In this document: one piece after another, positions 25,571-38,445 of the stretch | How positions within the stretch are numbered: position 1 is the first letter of the stretch | How the letters are laid out: every line of letters begins with the position of its first letter | Source: Felis catus | Taxonomy: Eukaryota | Assembly: GCF_018350175.1 (NCBI RefSeq) | Contig: NC_058375.1 | Span: 104,656,168 to 104,720,000, forward strand | Length of the DNA stretch: 63,833 nt | Direction: 5' to 3' | Program-made: the position numbers and the translations under genes | Notes under the pieces: model-generated | The model's input: only the letters and a program-made list of their open reading frames with translations | Databases searched by the model: none | Told to the model about the DNA's origin: nothing

Positions 25571-25927
25571 AGTGAGCTTTTAGTACCAGGGACTCCATGC
25601 CAAACTAGGGAGAGGCTAGGTTTTATTCTAGAAACAATGTTGGAGCAAAGGATATGAACAGGCAATATACAAGAGAACAAACACAAAAGCTATTGAACTC
25701 ATGTAGAGATGCTTGAACTGATTAATAATCAAAGAAACAAAAATGAAAAGAATAATGAGATATCACTTTACACCAGCGAGTGTAGAAAAACTCATAAAGT
25801 TGGATGACCCAAGGGTTGGTCTAGAAGTAGGCTCAGAGGAGCACTGATACCATGGTGTTGGAAGTCTGGGGCAACCATTCTGGAGGGGAGCTTGGTACTC
25901 TTTGTTCAGTTAAGAATAAACAGATTC

Positions 25928-26158
25928 TGGGCTTGCCTGGTGGCTCAGTCAGTTAAGCTAGGCTTTGGCTGGGGTCATGATCTCACAGTTCGTAAGTTCG
26001 AACCCTGCATCCGGCTCTGTGCTGACAGTGCAGAACCTGGAGCCTGCTTGCAGTTCTGTGTCTCCCTCTCTTCCTGCCCCTCCGCCACCCCTGCTCACAC
26101 TGTCTCTATCTCTGTCTCTCTCAAAAATACACATTAAAAAATTAAAAAAAAAAAAAAA
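25928..26158 (+). mobile_element. Can-SINE within an old L1 fragment
   Basis: Head, body and A tail; aagaataaac.gat duplicated. Confidence 0.88.
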
Positions 26159-27443
26159 GAATAAACGGATCCCAATAAGCAGTTCTGTTCCTGGGTTTTT
26201 ATCTAAAAGATATTCTTACCTAGGTCCATAAGGGAAATGTACAACAATGTTCATTGTAGCACTTTTTGTGATGGGGAGTTAGAGCAAACCTGGATGTTTG
26301 TCACTGAGAGTGAGGAGATGAAATGTGGTTTTGCCCATCATGCAGTTTAATGCAGCAGTTCAATCAACAGATTGAATGTTCACATCACAACAGGGATAGC
26401 ACAGACACAGGTTGCGTTCTGTGGGAGATGAATGAGCAGGAAAGGCCAATTTTTAAAATAGGATTAGAGAAGGGGAAAAGTAAAACATAGAATAAGATAT
26501 AAAACACGATCCCACTTACATACATTCTCAGAGAGTAGAAATTAACTAGAACTGAGAAAGTAAAAATGTGTTCTGCTATTCATCAGTCTGGGATAATAGA
26601 CACAGCTAGCCAAAGAAATAGCAGGAAACATAGGTCTCAAGGACATGCTGCAGCTATATTGTCACGATCCCCTTCTTTGAATGACTACTGCTTTCTTATT
26701 CACTGAGAAATCTGTTCTAAAAGTCACAGACTACCAGAACCTTTTCAGTTTGAAATCACATCAACTAGAATGAAACATCCCCCTCCCGCCAAGAGGACCT
26801 AAATCACTTTGACACAGACCTTGATTTTCAACCCAAGTACAAAACTTCAATAAGAGGTTTTTAAACACAACATTCATCTTTATCTTAACTTTGTGGTTTC
26901 CAAGGAAACAGGAACCTGGATACACTTCAAAGCCTAATTCTGATGTCCATCCTTTCACACAGCCCTGTTTTGCTTTAAGCCCATCAAAACTCTACAGTCC
27001 ATGCTTCCCCACAACCTATTAACTCTAGTTTTTCCTTGTTTGGTGAGACGCTTCACTGTTTCTCTAGTATATGTTCTTCCTCTTTGAAAACTAGTCAGTA
27101 AATATGGCTTGATATCAATAAATAGCTAAGTGCTGGTTGCAGGTTGATTGAGATAGGATGATTTTTTTTCCTATATTTATTTCAGCATTCCTACATTTTT
27201 GGTTATTTACAATATTGTTAACTGCTGTAAATGCTGCCTCAATATCTTGCTTCTTTGACATTAGTAGTACAGCATAATGACTGAAAAGAGACTCTGACTT
27301 TTAATCTTGGCTTGGCCACTTACTGACATGTGACTTAACCCCTCAGTGGTTCTGTCTCCACATCTGTACAATGGAAATAATGATGCTACCTGCTGATAGT
27401 GTTATTAGGTTATTAGATTAGGGGAATAAAATGAGGTAATCCA

Positions 27444-27660
27444 GGGGCGCCTGGGTGGCTCAGTCGTTTAAGCATCCGACTTCAGCTCAGGTCATGATCT
27501 TATGTTTCATGGGTTCAAGCCCTGCACTGGGCTCTGTGCTGACAGCGCAGAGCCTGGAGCCTGCTTCGGATTCTGTGTCTCCCCCTTTCTCTGCCTCTCC
27601 CCTGCTTGTGCTCTCTCTCTGTCTCTCAAAAAATGAATAAATGTTAAAAAAAAATTTTTT
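27444..27660 (+). mobile_element. Can-SINE inserted in a MIR
   Basis: TSD AAATGAGGTAATCC. Confidence 0.9.
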
Positions 27661-28239
27661 AAATGAGGTAATCCGTGTAAAGTGTTTAAAACATTGTCTG
27701 GCACCAAAGAAGAATTTTTCTATTGAAAACAATATATATGACATTCTATTTTACCTTTGCATCTATTTAATTACTAGTAAAGTATGTTCTGTAGCTTTTT
27801 AGTTTTTATTTTGAAATGGTAATAGACTCACAGGAAGTTGCAAAAACAGTACAAAGAGTTCCATGTGCCCCTCACTAAGCCTTTCCCCATGGTGGTGTGT
27901 TAAATACCTGCAATGCAATAGCAAAAACCAGAAAATTGACATTGGTACATTACTGTTAACTAATATGCAGACCTTAATGACTTCTCACATGTTTTTTTAA
28001 CCTGAGTTCATGTGCGTGTGTGCATGTAATTCTATGCAATTTTATTCCATGTGTAAATTCGTGTAACCACCACCACAATCAAGATACCGTCCCATTCAGT
28101 CATCTCAAAAGAACTTCCCAGTGTCTTCCCAACCACCTCCCATCTCACCCCCATTCCCTGGAAACCATTAATCTATTCATCTCTGTAATTTATTATTTCA
28201 AAAATACCATATAAATGCAATATATAGTATGCAAGGATA

Positions 28240-28468
28240 ATTTTTTTTAATTTTTTAATGTTTATTTTTGAGAGAGAGAGAGAGAGAGAGAAAGAGCGAG
28301 CACGCTAGCGGGGAGGGGCAGAGAGAGAAGGAGATACAACATCTGAAGCAGGCTTCAGGCTCCAAGCTGTCAGCACACAGCCTGACACAGGGCTCGAACT
28401 CACAGAGTGCGAGATCGTGACCTGAGCTGAAATTGGATGCCTAACCCACTGAGCCACCCAGGCACCCC
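28240..28468 (-). mobile_element. Can-SINE
   Basis: Reverse-complement head, (GA)n, T tail. Confidence 0.88.
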
Positions 28469-29111
28469 AAGAATAATTATTTTTAATGCATAGAAAGCAA
28501 TACACCTTTTGCACAAACACATAGAAGCAAAATTAGAATGATTGTCTGCAAGGGAGTAAAAAATAAACATACAAAGGAATAATAAGAAAAAAGGGCAGTG
28601 GTTCTACTAAATATATACAGCAAATACAGTAAAAGATCCTCAGATTATGTGTGATTTGCAAATTTCAGAAAAATAAGAGTAACATTTAGGAGCACCAATT
28701 TATCCTGCATGGCTCAGTCAGAGTAAAGATTAAGAGGGTCAGAATAACCTTCCCCAAATACTGCTCTTGACTTGCTCAGTAACCCATGCCAACTGTCCAG
28801 GGCCAATCCTCTGTACTCTCATCACCTGATTTCACACCCCTCCATGACCCAGTCAGTCCTCCTTAAAGAGCCTGACTGGCTCTCCTGACCTGGCTGAGAA
28901 CCTAATCTATGACAGAGGCCTCAGCAGCAAAATTGACTAGTCAGGAAAATCACTTCAGAGCATAACTCTTTCAAAGTTGATGTTCACGATTTTTTAAGTG
29001 ATTGTACTAGCAGAGTCCCAATCCCAGACCTGTAGGTCCATACACAAGTCCCAGGAACACTTGGAGTCCATTGTTGCTGTCTAGATTGAGTGCTGGTTAT
29101 ATTGTTGAAGA

Positions 29112-29342
29112 TGTTTTATTTATTTTTTTTATTTAAAAATTTTAACGTTTATTTATTTTTGAGACAGAGAGAGAGACAGATCGCAAGCAGAGGAGGGGCA
29201 GAGAGAGAAGGAGACGCAGAATCTGAAGCAGCTCAAGGCTCTGAGCTGTCAGTACAGAGCCCAACACAGGGCTCGAACCCACAAACAGATCTTGACCTGA
29301 GCTTAAGTCAGGTGCTTAACTGACTAGCCACCCAGGCACCCC
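29112..29342 (-). mobile_element. Can-SINE
   Basis: Reverse-complement head and tail; ttgaagat duplicated. Confidence 0.87.
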
Positions 29343-30206
29343 TCTTGAAGATTTTTTAAACTGTTTTTCAGAATTAATGAAGATGAATTGAGGGTCTACT
29401 AGATGCCAAGCATTAGGATAGGTATTTGAAGCATTATTTTCACCAAAAATATTCTCACAGCACCGGGTTTTTGTTTTTGTTTTTGTTTTTCCTTAAGGCC
29501 AATAACCCCACTGTCCAAATAACCTCTGCTGACAATGATTTCAAGCATACATTCATCAAAAATTCAAATAATATTGAAAGATATAAAGAAAAAGTAAAAT
29601 CCTCCTTCTGGGCTACCCAAACCCTTCTCCTTATGACTAGCCACTATTATGAGTTTTATCATATGAAATTCCAGAAAAATGTTTCCTTCATGTATGCATG
29701 TACACATACCAATACATACATACACTTTTTTATTTATATCAAAAGGGATCCTGTCACTCTCTTTTCACCTATTAGATAGTTAAGTACTTTCTGAGTGTTT
29801 AATATTAAAAATAATACTGCTTTCTCTTTATTGAAGCTTGCCAGCTAATAAAATTGAGGAGTGCTAGAATATCATTTTGCAGCCACTAATGAATTAAAGG
29901 ATCCAAGCATTAAGCATCAACAGCTATTGTCACAAAAAGGGGAGCAACTACACATTGTGTGTCTCCTGATAGAGAAAAAAAAAAAAATAGCACCACCTGT
30001 GCAGCAGTCTTGCCAGAAAGTACAAAAATGAATCTAAATCTAATCACCTTCTGCTCCATTTATTCTGTTTCTACAGGAAACGTAAAGGGACAAAGAATCA
30101 CAACAAACTACATCACAGAGAAGCCATAGGCAAAATCCCAACTGGAAAACTCTACAGGAAAAACAACCATGTCTCTTTAACAAAGAAATTACACGAAAAT
30201 AAGGAT

Positions 30207-30670
30207 GGCGGCACCTGGGGAGGCTCAGTCGGTCAAGCGATTAAGCGTCTGACTCCAGCTCAGGGCATCATCTCTCAGTTCATGGGTTCGAGCCCAGTGT
30301 CGGGCTCTGGGCTGACAGCTCGGAGCCTGGAGCCTGCTTCTGATTCTGTGTCTCCTTCTCTCTCTACCCCTCCCCTACTCACGCACTCTCTCTCACTCTC
30401 AAAAATAAACAAACATTTAAAAAAGAAAAAAAGGGGGCACCTGGGTGGCTCAGTCGGTTGAGCGTCTGACTCTGGCTCAGGTTATGATCACACAGTTTGT
30501 GAGTTCAAGCCCGCGTCGGGGTCTGTGCTGACAGCTGGGGGCCTGGAGCTTGCTTCAGATTGTGTCTCCCTCTCTCTCTGCCCCTTCCCTGCTCATGCTC
30601 TCTCTCTCTCTCAAAAATGAATAAACATTAAAAAAAATTTTTTAATAATTAAAAAAAGAAAAAAGAAAAA
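30207..30670 (+). mobile_element. Two head-to-tail Can-SINEs (second starts at 30433)
   Basis: Two heads and two A tails in the same orientation. Confidence 0.88.
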
Positions 30671-31067
30671 AATAGAGATGGATGGGAAACATATATTAGA
30701 GTTGAAAGACGTGTCAACCAACCATTATGTTCAGAACCTATTTGGATTCAGATTTAAACCAAGCATTTTTTTAAAGCTGTGACATGTAGATTAAGTTTAA
30801 CACCAACTGGATATTTGATGAATTAAGGAACTATTGTTAATTTGTTTAGATGTGACTTGGTATTGTGGTCCTTATCTTTTAGAGATACATAAGGAAATAT
30901 TTATGGATGAAATAATATGCTGTCTGTGATCTGCTTCAAAATGATACAGGACAGTCTTAAGTTGGTAATTGATGAAGTTGGGTAATGGGTATCTTCCCCT
31001 CTGTGTATATGTTTTAATTTCTCAATTATCAAGAATTAAAAATATGCTTTTAATAAAAAGCTGCTGT

Positions 31068-31700
31068 TGGGACACCTGGGTGGCTCAGTCGGTTAAGCGG
31101 CCGTCTTTTGATTTAGGTTCAGGTCATGATCTCAGTTTGTGACTTCCAAACTTTGCTCTGCGCTTGGAATTCTGTTCCTCTGTCTCTGCTCCTCCCTGGC
31201 TCCCGCACCCACACACTCTCTCTCTCTCTTTCAAAAATAAATAAATAGGGGCGCCTGGGTGGCTCAGTCGGTTAAGCGGCCGACTTCGGCTCAGGTCATG
31301 ATCTCACCGTCCATGAGTTCGAGTGCTGACAGCTCAGAGCCTGGAGCTTGTTTCAGATTCTGTGTCTCCCTCTCTCTGACCCTCCCCTGTTCATACTCTG
31401 TCTCTTCCTGTCTCAAAAATAAAACGTTAAAAAAATTTTAATAAAAATAAATAAACTTTTTAAAAAGTAGAGGGGTGCCTGGGTGGCTCAGTCAATTAAG
31501 TGTCTGACTCCCATTTCGGCTCAGGTCATGATCTCGTGGTTGGTTGGTGAGTACGAGCTCCGAATCTGGCTGTGCGCTGATGGCACAGAGCTTGTGTGAG
31601 ATTCTGTCTTCCCTCTTTGCCCCCCTCCCCCGCTTGTGCGCATGCGCGCGCTCTCTCAAAATAAACTTTAAAAACAATTTTTTAATAATAAAAAAAGTAG
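31068..31700 (+). mobile_element. Three head-to-tail Can-SINEs (heads near 31068, 31248, 31472)
   Basis: Three heads; aataaaa(a)gctgct duplicated around the whole block. Confidence 0.88.
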
Positions 31701-34700
31701 GAAAAAATAGAAAATAGAAATAAAAAGCTGCTATTTACCCTCCCTGCATAAGTATCTTGGAGGATTTTGTTTAGACATTTTTGTTTTGTTTCGTATATGA
31801 AAAGGGAATTGTGATAGTTATTGTTACATTACCCACTAAAAAGTTTGCACCACATTCTTCTCCCACTAATAGTGTATAAGATTACCCCATTTCTCTAACC
31901 TTAACCAGCACTGGGCATTAGCAAATCTTTACATTTGACCTATTATGAATCTCACAGACCCCTCGAAATCTCATGGTTCCTCAGAGCGCCATGGTGGCTG
32001 GTATCGGCCTGGATGGCCTGATGCAGCCATTTCTATGTTAAGGGATACCCCACTGCAGTGAATGGATACCCATTTGAGGGCCAGGGTGCCATCTGCCCCA
32101 GAAGGTGCTTTAATGGACATAGACCCTGTGGCCTCTGAGACTGTGTTTTCACTGCCATTTGTGTTTTCACTGCCATTTGGCTCCTTCCTGTCTCCATAGT
32201 CACATTAGCTTAGAAGCTAATGGGGTTTTCTAAAGTCTGTTTCCATATGTCTGGTCTAATCTGGCAAGGTCTGGGCTCTACCTTCCGGTGTAAACTCGTT
32301 TTACTGTGCTCTCCTCCTTGCCCTCCAAACGCTACCTAAACTTGCCCTCTAAACTGCTTCTTGAAGTTCCTCCTACTTCTCTGAGCCAGCTGGCTTTTGC
32401 TCTCCCCCAGGCCTTTGCCCATGCCACCCATGGCCTGGAACACTCTTCCTTCCCATCCACCTCAGGCCTCATCCTAAAGTCCCCTCCTCCCAGAGGCCTT
32501 CCTCGCCCCCACCAATGTCAAGTTAGGCCTCCCTCCATTGCACTATCTGTGCCGGCACTTATCCCACTTAACACTCATCACACTTTATTATAGTCACTGG
32601 TTTAATATCCAACTTCTCTCCTAGGCACTAAAAGTCCAGGGAGGCAGAAGCCACTCTATTCTGTTGAATCTTGTATGCTCACTGCCCAGCAGATTGCCTG
32701 ATATCTAACACACTCAACCAATTTTTGAATGAAAAAATGAATCAATGATATCATATCTAGCAATGCTTAGGAGTCAGAGAAGAGGAATGATCCTAGAGAG
32801 CCTTTCTTATAGAACTTAATATCAATAGATACTTAATAGATTTACAAAATTAGTAGACAAAGATTTTCCATTGCCCATATGAAATGAATGATGAAACCTA
32901 GTCTCCCTAGGCACAGGGACAGTCTTGCAGTTAAGGGTCACTTGCTGAAACCCAAACAGAGCTGCCCTTCAGGCTTACTACTCTCTGTGTCAGAATTACT
33001 GATTACCTGTATTGTGAGCTATGTTAACCTCCCTCTTAAAGAAAGGCCCCCTCCCCAGGCCACATTGTGAAACCAAATATGGTAAGAATTACTGATAAAG
33101 TTTTATGTTTTCTGTTTTATTTTTTTTCTCTTGAAGGCCAAACTGAGGCAGTGATACAGGCCACTGGAGGTTTATCAGCAGGTAGGTGATGAGGTCAGAC
33201 CTGTGCTTGGAAGATTACTCTAGCAGGAGAACATGGAATATCCGAGAGGTTTGATCCTAGAAGAGGTGAGGTGCAACCCTAACACTTTCTCCCACTTGAA
33301 GAGAACAGGTGAGTGCAAGTGGGTATGATAGAGAAATGAAGGAAGAGATGTCATTTGAGCTGGAAGGTATGACTTTGGCTTGAAAGAAAACTCTGGCCAA
33401 GCCAGAAGGAAGGAGCAATCCAATCCAGACCTGGGAAGGAGCAAATGGGTTTAGTGGAAGGTGAACAGACCATTTGAAGTAGAGCAGAAAACCCACCTAA
33501 CCCTATAGGAGAGCAGTAGGAGACACAGCTATAAAAGGAGGAAGAGGCAGATTTTGGAAAGCTTTGAATATCAAGCTTTTTAAAAATGTGTGTTGGATTA
33601 CAGCTCCACCACTTACTTCCTAAACAATCCTGGACAAGTTATTTAACTTCTCTGAGGCTGTTTCCTTTATCTAGAAAATAAGGATGATGATAATGGAATC
33701 TACTTCAGTGGTGCCAGTTATAGATCGAATGATGCAATGCAGAGGACCATGAAGTAGTTAAGTGCTCAATAAGTAGAGGCAATTATTATAACAATCATTG
33801 TTAACCCCAACATAAGCAAATAGACAACAGATGTCTGAGCAGGAGAAAGAAGTGATGAAAAAGATTCTTTAGGAAGATTAAACTCACTATCACTAATTAG
33901 CTCCCCTCTGGAGTTAAAATTTCAAATTCTATCACCTCTTCCCCTTCCCCACTCTGCAGTTTCCTTGCTAGTGAACACCATGCCCAGGAGGAGCCTGAAA
34001 CCAGTAACCAAGACTCTCTCATATTAGTGAAGGGATTCCAACTGATAAGCAAGTTGAGATAGGGCCTCTCCGATGGAGAACCAGAACCCCCTCAGTCCCC
34101 TCCCCAAGGATTTCAGCCATCACCACCACCATAGATTTATATACAGGGCACATCCTGAAAAGAATAAAGCAGGTGATATTCCTTTTAATTGTAAAGCATA
34201 ATTTCCCCCCAAAATCCAAGGAGGGATCCAGGTTTTCAGAGATTGATCTTACTCTCTCAAATCCCTTAAATCCTGAACTAGCAGTTTATTCTTTGGAGAG
34301 TTTCTGAGGAGAGGTCTTTCTATGCCTCAGTTTCCTCAACTATAAAATGGGAGATAATAATGGTAACTATTTCATGAGGTTCTTGTGAGGATTAAATGAG
34401 TCAATATGTATAAAGGGCCTGGAGAACATTGTCTGGCACATAGTAAGTGCTCTGTAGGTGTTAGCTAAACTTTCTTAAGGACTTTATTTCTTCTACCTTG
34501 TTTATAATGCTTCTTATTTGTGGTCATGTCTTTTTAAATGACTAAACATTAACAGTGTCCTCATAACAAGCTACTTCAACCCCAGTGCACCTCTTGGGTA
34601 GAAGTAATTTTGGCCAATGGTTTATAAATATTTATCCTTTTCCACAGACCCAGCAGTGGTTGTATCTGTTTACTTCATTTAATGAGAAAATATATTGCAG

Positions 34701-34740
34701 ATAAAAAGAAAGCAGCCAAGCTTTTAAATTAATCGGTAAT

Positions 34741-34746
34741 TTTATT
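34741..34746 (-). terminator. Candidate distal poly(A) signal of H2BC21
   Basis: Minus-strand AATAAA followed after ~25 nt by U/GU-rich CTTGGCTGCTTTCTTTTT; ~1.8 kb past the stop. Confidence 0.6.
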
Positions 34747-36448
34747 AATACAATAGCATCTACACATACTTGAAAACACGCATGTGGGAAACAGAAGACT
34801 TATTCAGTTCATGATGTCTGGAGTCCGTCTGAATTCACAAAACTCTTAGGATCAACCCCAGAACCCCTTAGCCAAAAGCAGAGTTGAATAACTGATCAGT
34901 GTCTTCATCAGCAAAATCAAGGCTTGGACAGAAAGACTGTGAACATTCTGTAATCACACAAAATAAAACTAAAATGCAATTGTCCACGCATTTGAGGACA
35001 CAAAGGTGGAAAAGTTGGCTGCATGACCAGTGAACCAATCCCATTGCTTTTCTCAACCTCCTTTGCAAAAGGGTTATTAACCTTGCCTGTCTTACAGGGT
35101 CTATCTTTTCAGGGCTTCCTGATGAGAAGGTGAGTGTAAATTAAATGCTCATCTCCATGGGTAACAGAGGATCAGGGTGGAAGTGATGGGTTTCAGAAAA
35201 GGAGACTGGAAAAGGATTCAATGCTCTGAATTTAACGAAAATCCAAAAGAGGTTACGCTACACTAAGGAGCGTAAAGGGAGAACCAACCATTGTCACCTA
35301 TTTGGCGCAAAAAGAATCTTAACACGGGCCTCCTCAGAGATCTTGCCCTGAGGTGACCACGGACGGACTTGGGCAAAGAGCTCCAAAAACATTTGCATTT
35401 TCATGTCTTCACATGTATCTAATGGAAATGAACGGCACCCATCCATCCACGGGAGCGATTAAGAAAAGGATGGGGTGGGAAAATTAATTCGACAGATCTT
35501 AGTAATTCAGTAAGTATTTAAGTGTCCGCTTTGTGCCAGGCACTGATTGGCACGGACAATACAGAAAAACAGACCAGCAAAGTCTCTGTTAAGGGGTTGA
35601 GAACAAAGACCATACCTAAGAAACGAACCAATTTCTGACGGCTGCTAGGAGGAAGAGAAAACCATGAGACCGGATGACAGGCAGGAACAAGAGGCGCAAA
35701 TTCCTGAGTGGGACTTGGGAAGGCCTCCGAGAGGTGGCTTTTGAGCCCAGACCTCAATGACCAGCGCCGTGCAGTGACCTAAGGCCGGAGCATTCCGAGA
35801 AGAATTAAATGCAAACACGATCCACAAACCGAGAAATAACAGGGATTTCAAAGACCCAAAGTAAGCAGCGGAAACCAGAATCTACAAATTCCGGAGCGGG
35901 CGGGTGATTTTAAATATTCATGTCGTCCAATCAGGGAAAGGCTAGGACCCGGCAGCACAGGCTCCACCCTTAACGCCCAGACCGCTGGGATCCACAGGAG
36001 GCCACACCGCAGGGCAGAACTGGTGACTGGGCACCCAGGCAGCTGCCAAACGCTCGGAAGAATTCTTCAGCGCTCTGACGCAATATCCGCGGCCCCCGGG
36101 GCTTAGTTGTCCTGGGACTCTTTCTTAAGTGAGGATGACCGAAATCACTCATTTCGTTTTAGAACACCGATGCAACATACACCCAACAGAACGACCAGGA
36201 CACAATAGTCTAGGGACGGAAGGTGAGGAGGAACAGATTCTCCAATATCTTAATTCGAAAGGATTTGTAGGAAAACTAAGACAGTTAAAAGTTTTTAAGA
36301 CGCGCTCTAGATTAAAAAGCAAAGCCAGTCACGCGCCAGGAGTCTCAAGTTTAAGAAAGGCTTAGATACTACGTGTGCCATCTTCCATGACCTTTCGCAA
36401 GTAAAACTTACTTTGTGAGAAGGAAGTGAGGGGAAAATAAGTGAACAA

Positions 36449-36490
36449 AGCTCTTTTCTGGTGATTAGGTGGGTGGCTCTGAAAAGAGCC
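36449..36490 (-). terminator. Histone stem-loop (36475-36490) and HDE of H2BC21
   Basis: Minus strand GGCTCTTTTCAGAGCC-ACCCA…GAAAAGAGCT. Confidence 0.95.
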
Positions 36491-36542
36491 TTTGGAGTCA
36501 AGCGGCCGGCGACCNNNNNNNNNNNNNNNNNNNNNNNNNNNN

Positions 36543-37640
<1,098 letters not shown>

Positions 37641-37663
37641 ATCATGACAAGCCAAAGACCAAA

Positions 37664-37703
37664 GGCTCTTTTTAGAGCCACCCAAATTTTCAAAAAAAGA
37701 GCT
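37664..37703 (+). terminator. Stem-loop (37664-37679) and HDE of H2AC20
   Basis: GGCTCTTTTTAGAGCC-ACCCA…AAAAGAGCT. Confidence 0.95.
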
Positions 37704-37721
37704 AATGCGCTATTCCGTGAT

Positions 37722-37761
37722 CAGCCCCTCATTTGACACTTTGGTGGCTCTTAAAAGAGCC
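37722..37761 (-). terminator. Stem-loop (37746-37761) and HDE of H2AC21
   Basis: Minus strand GGCTCTTTTAAGAGCC-ACCAA…GAGGGGCTG. Confidence 0.93.
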
Positions 37762-37796
37762 TTTGGGGTTAGTGGGGATGGTCTNNNNNNNNNNNN

Positions 37797-38445
<649 letters not shown>

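Noticed and set aside
28849-28880. Hairpin CCAGTCAG…AAAGAGC-CTGACTGG resembling a histone stem-loop fragment
   Set aside because: It lacks the GGYYYTTTTNARRRCC geometry and has no histone CDS nearby.
32143-32178. 18-bp tandem duplication GTGTTTTCACTGCCATTT x2 (similar small ones near 16852 and 17707)
   Set aside because: Two adjacent copies with no spacers: ordinary slippage, not an array or CRISPR.
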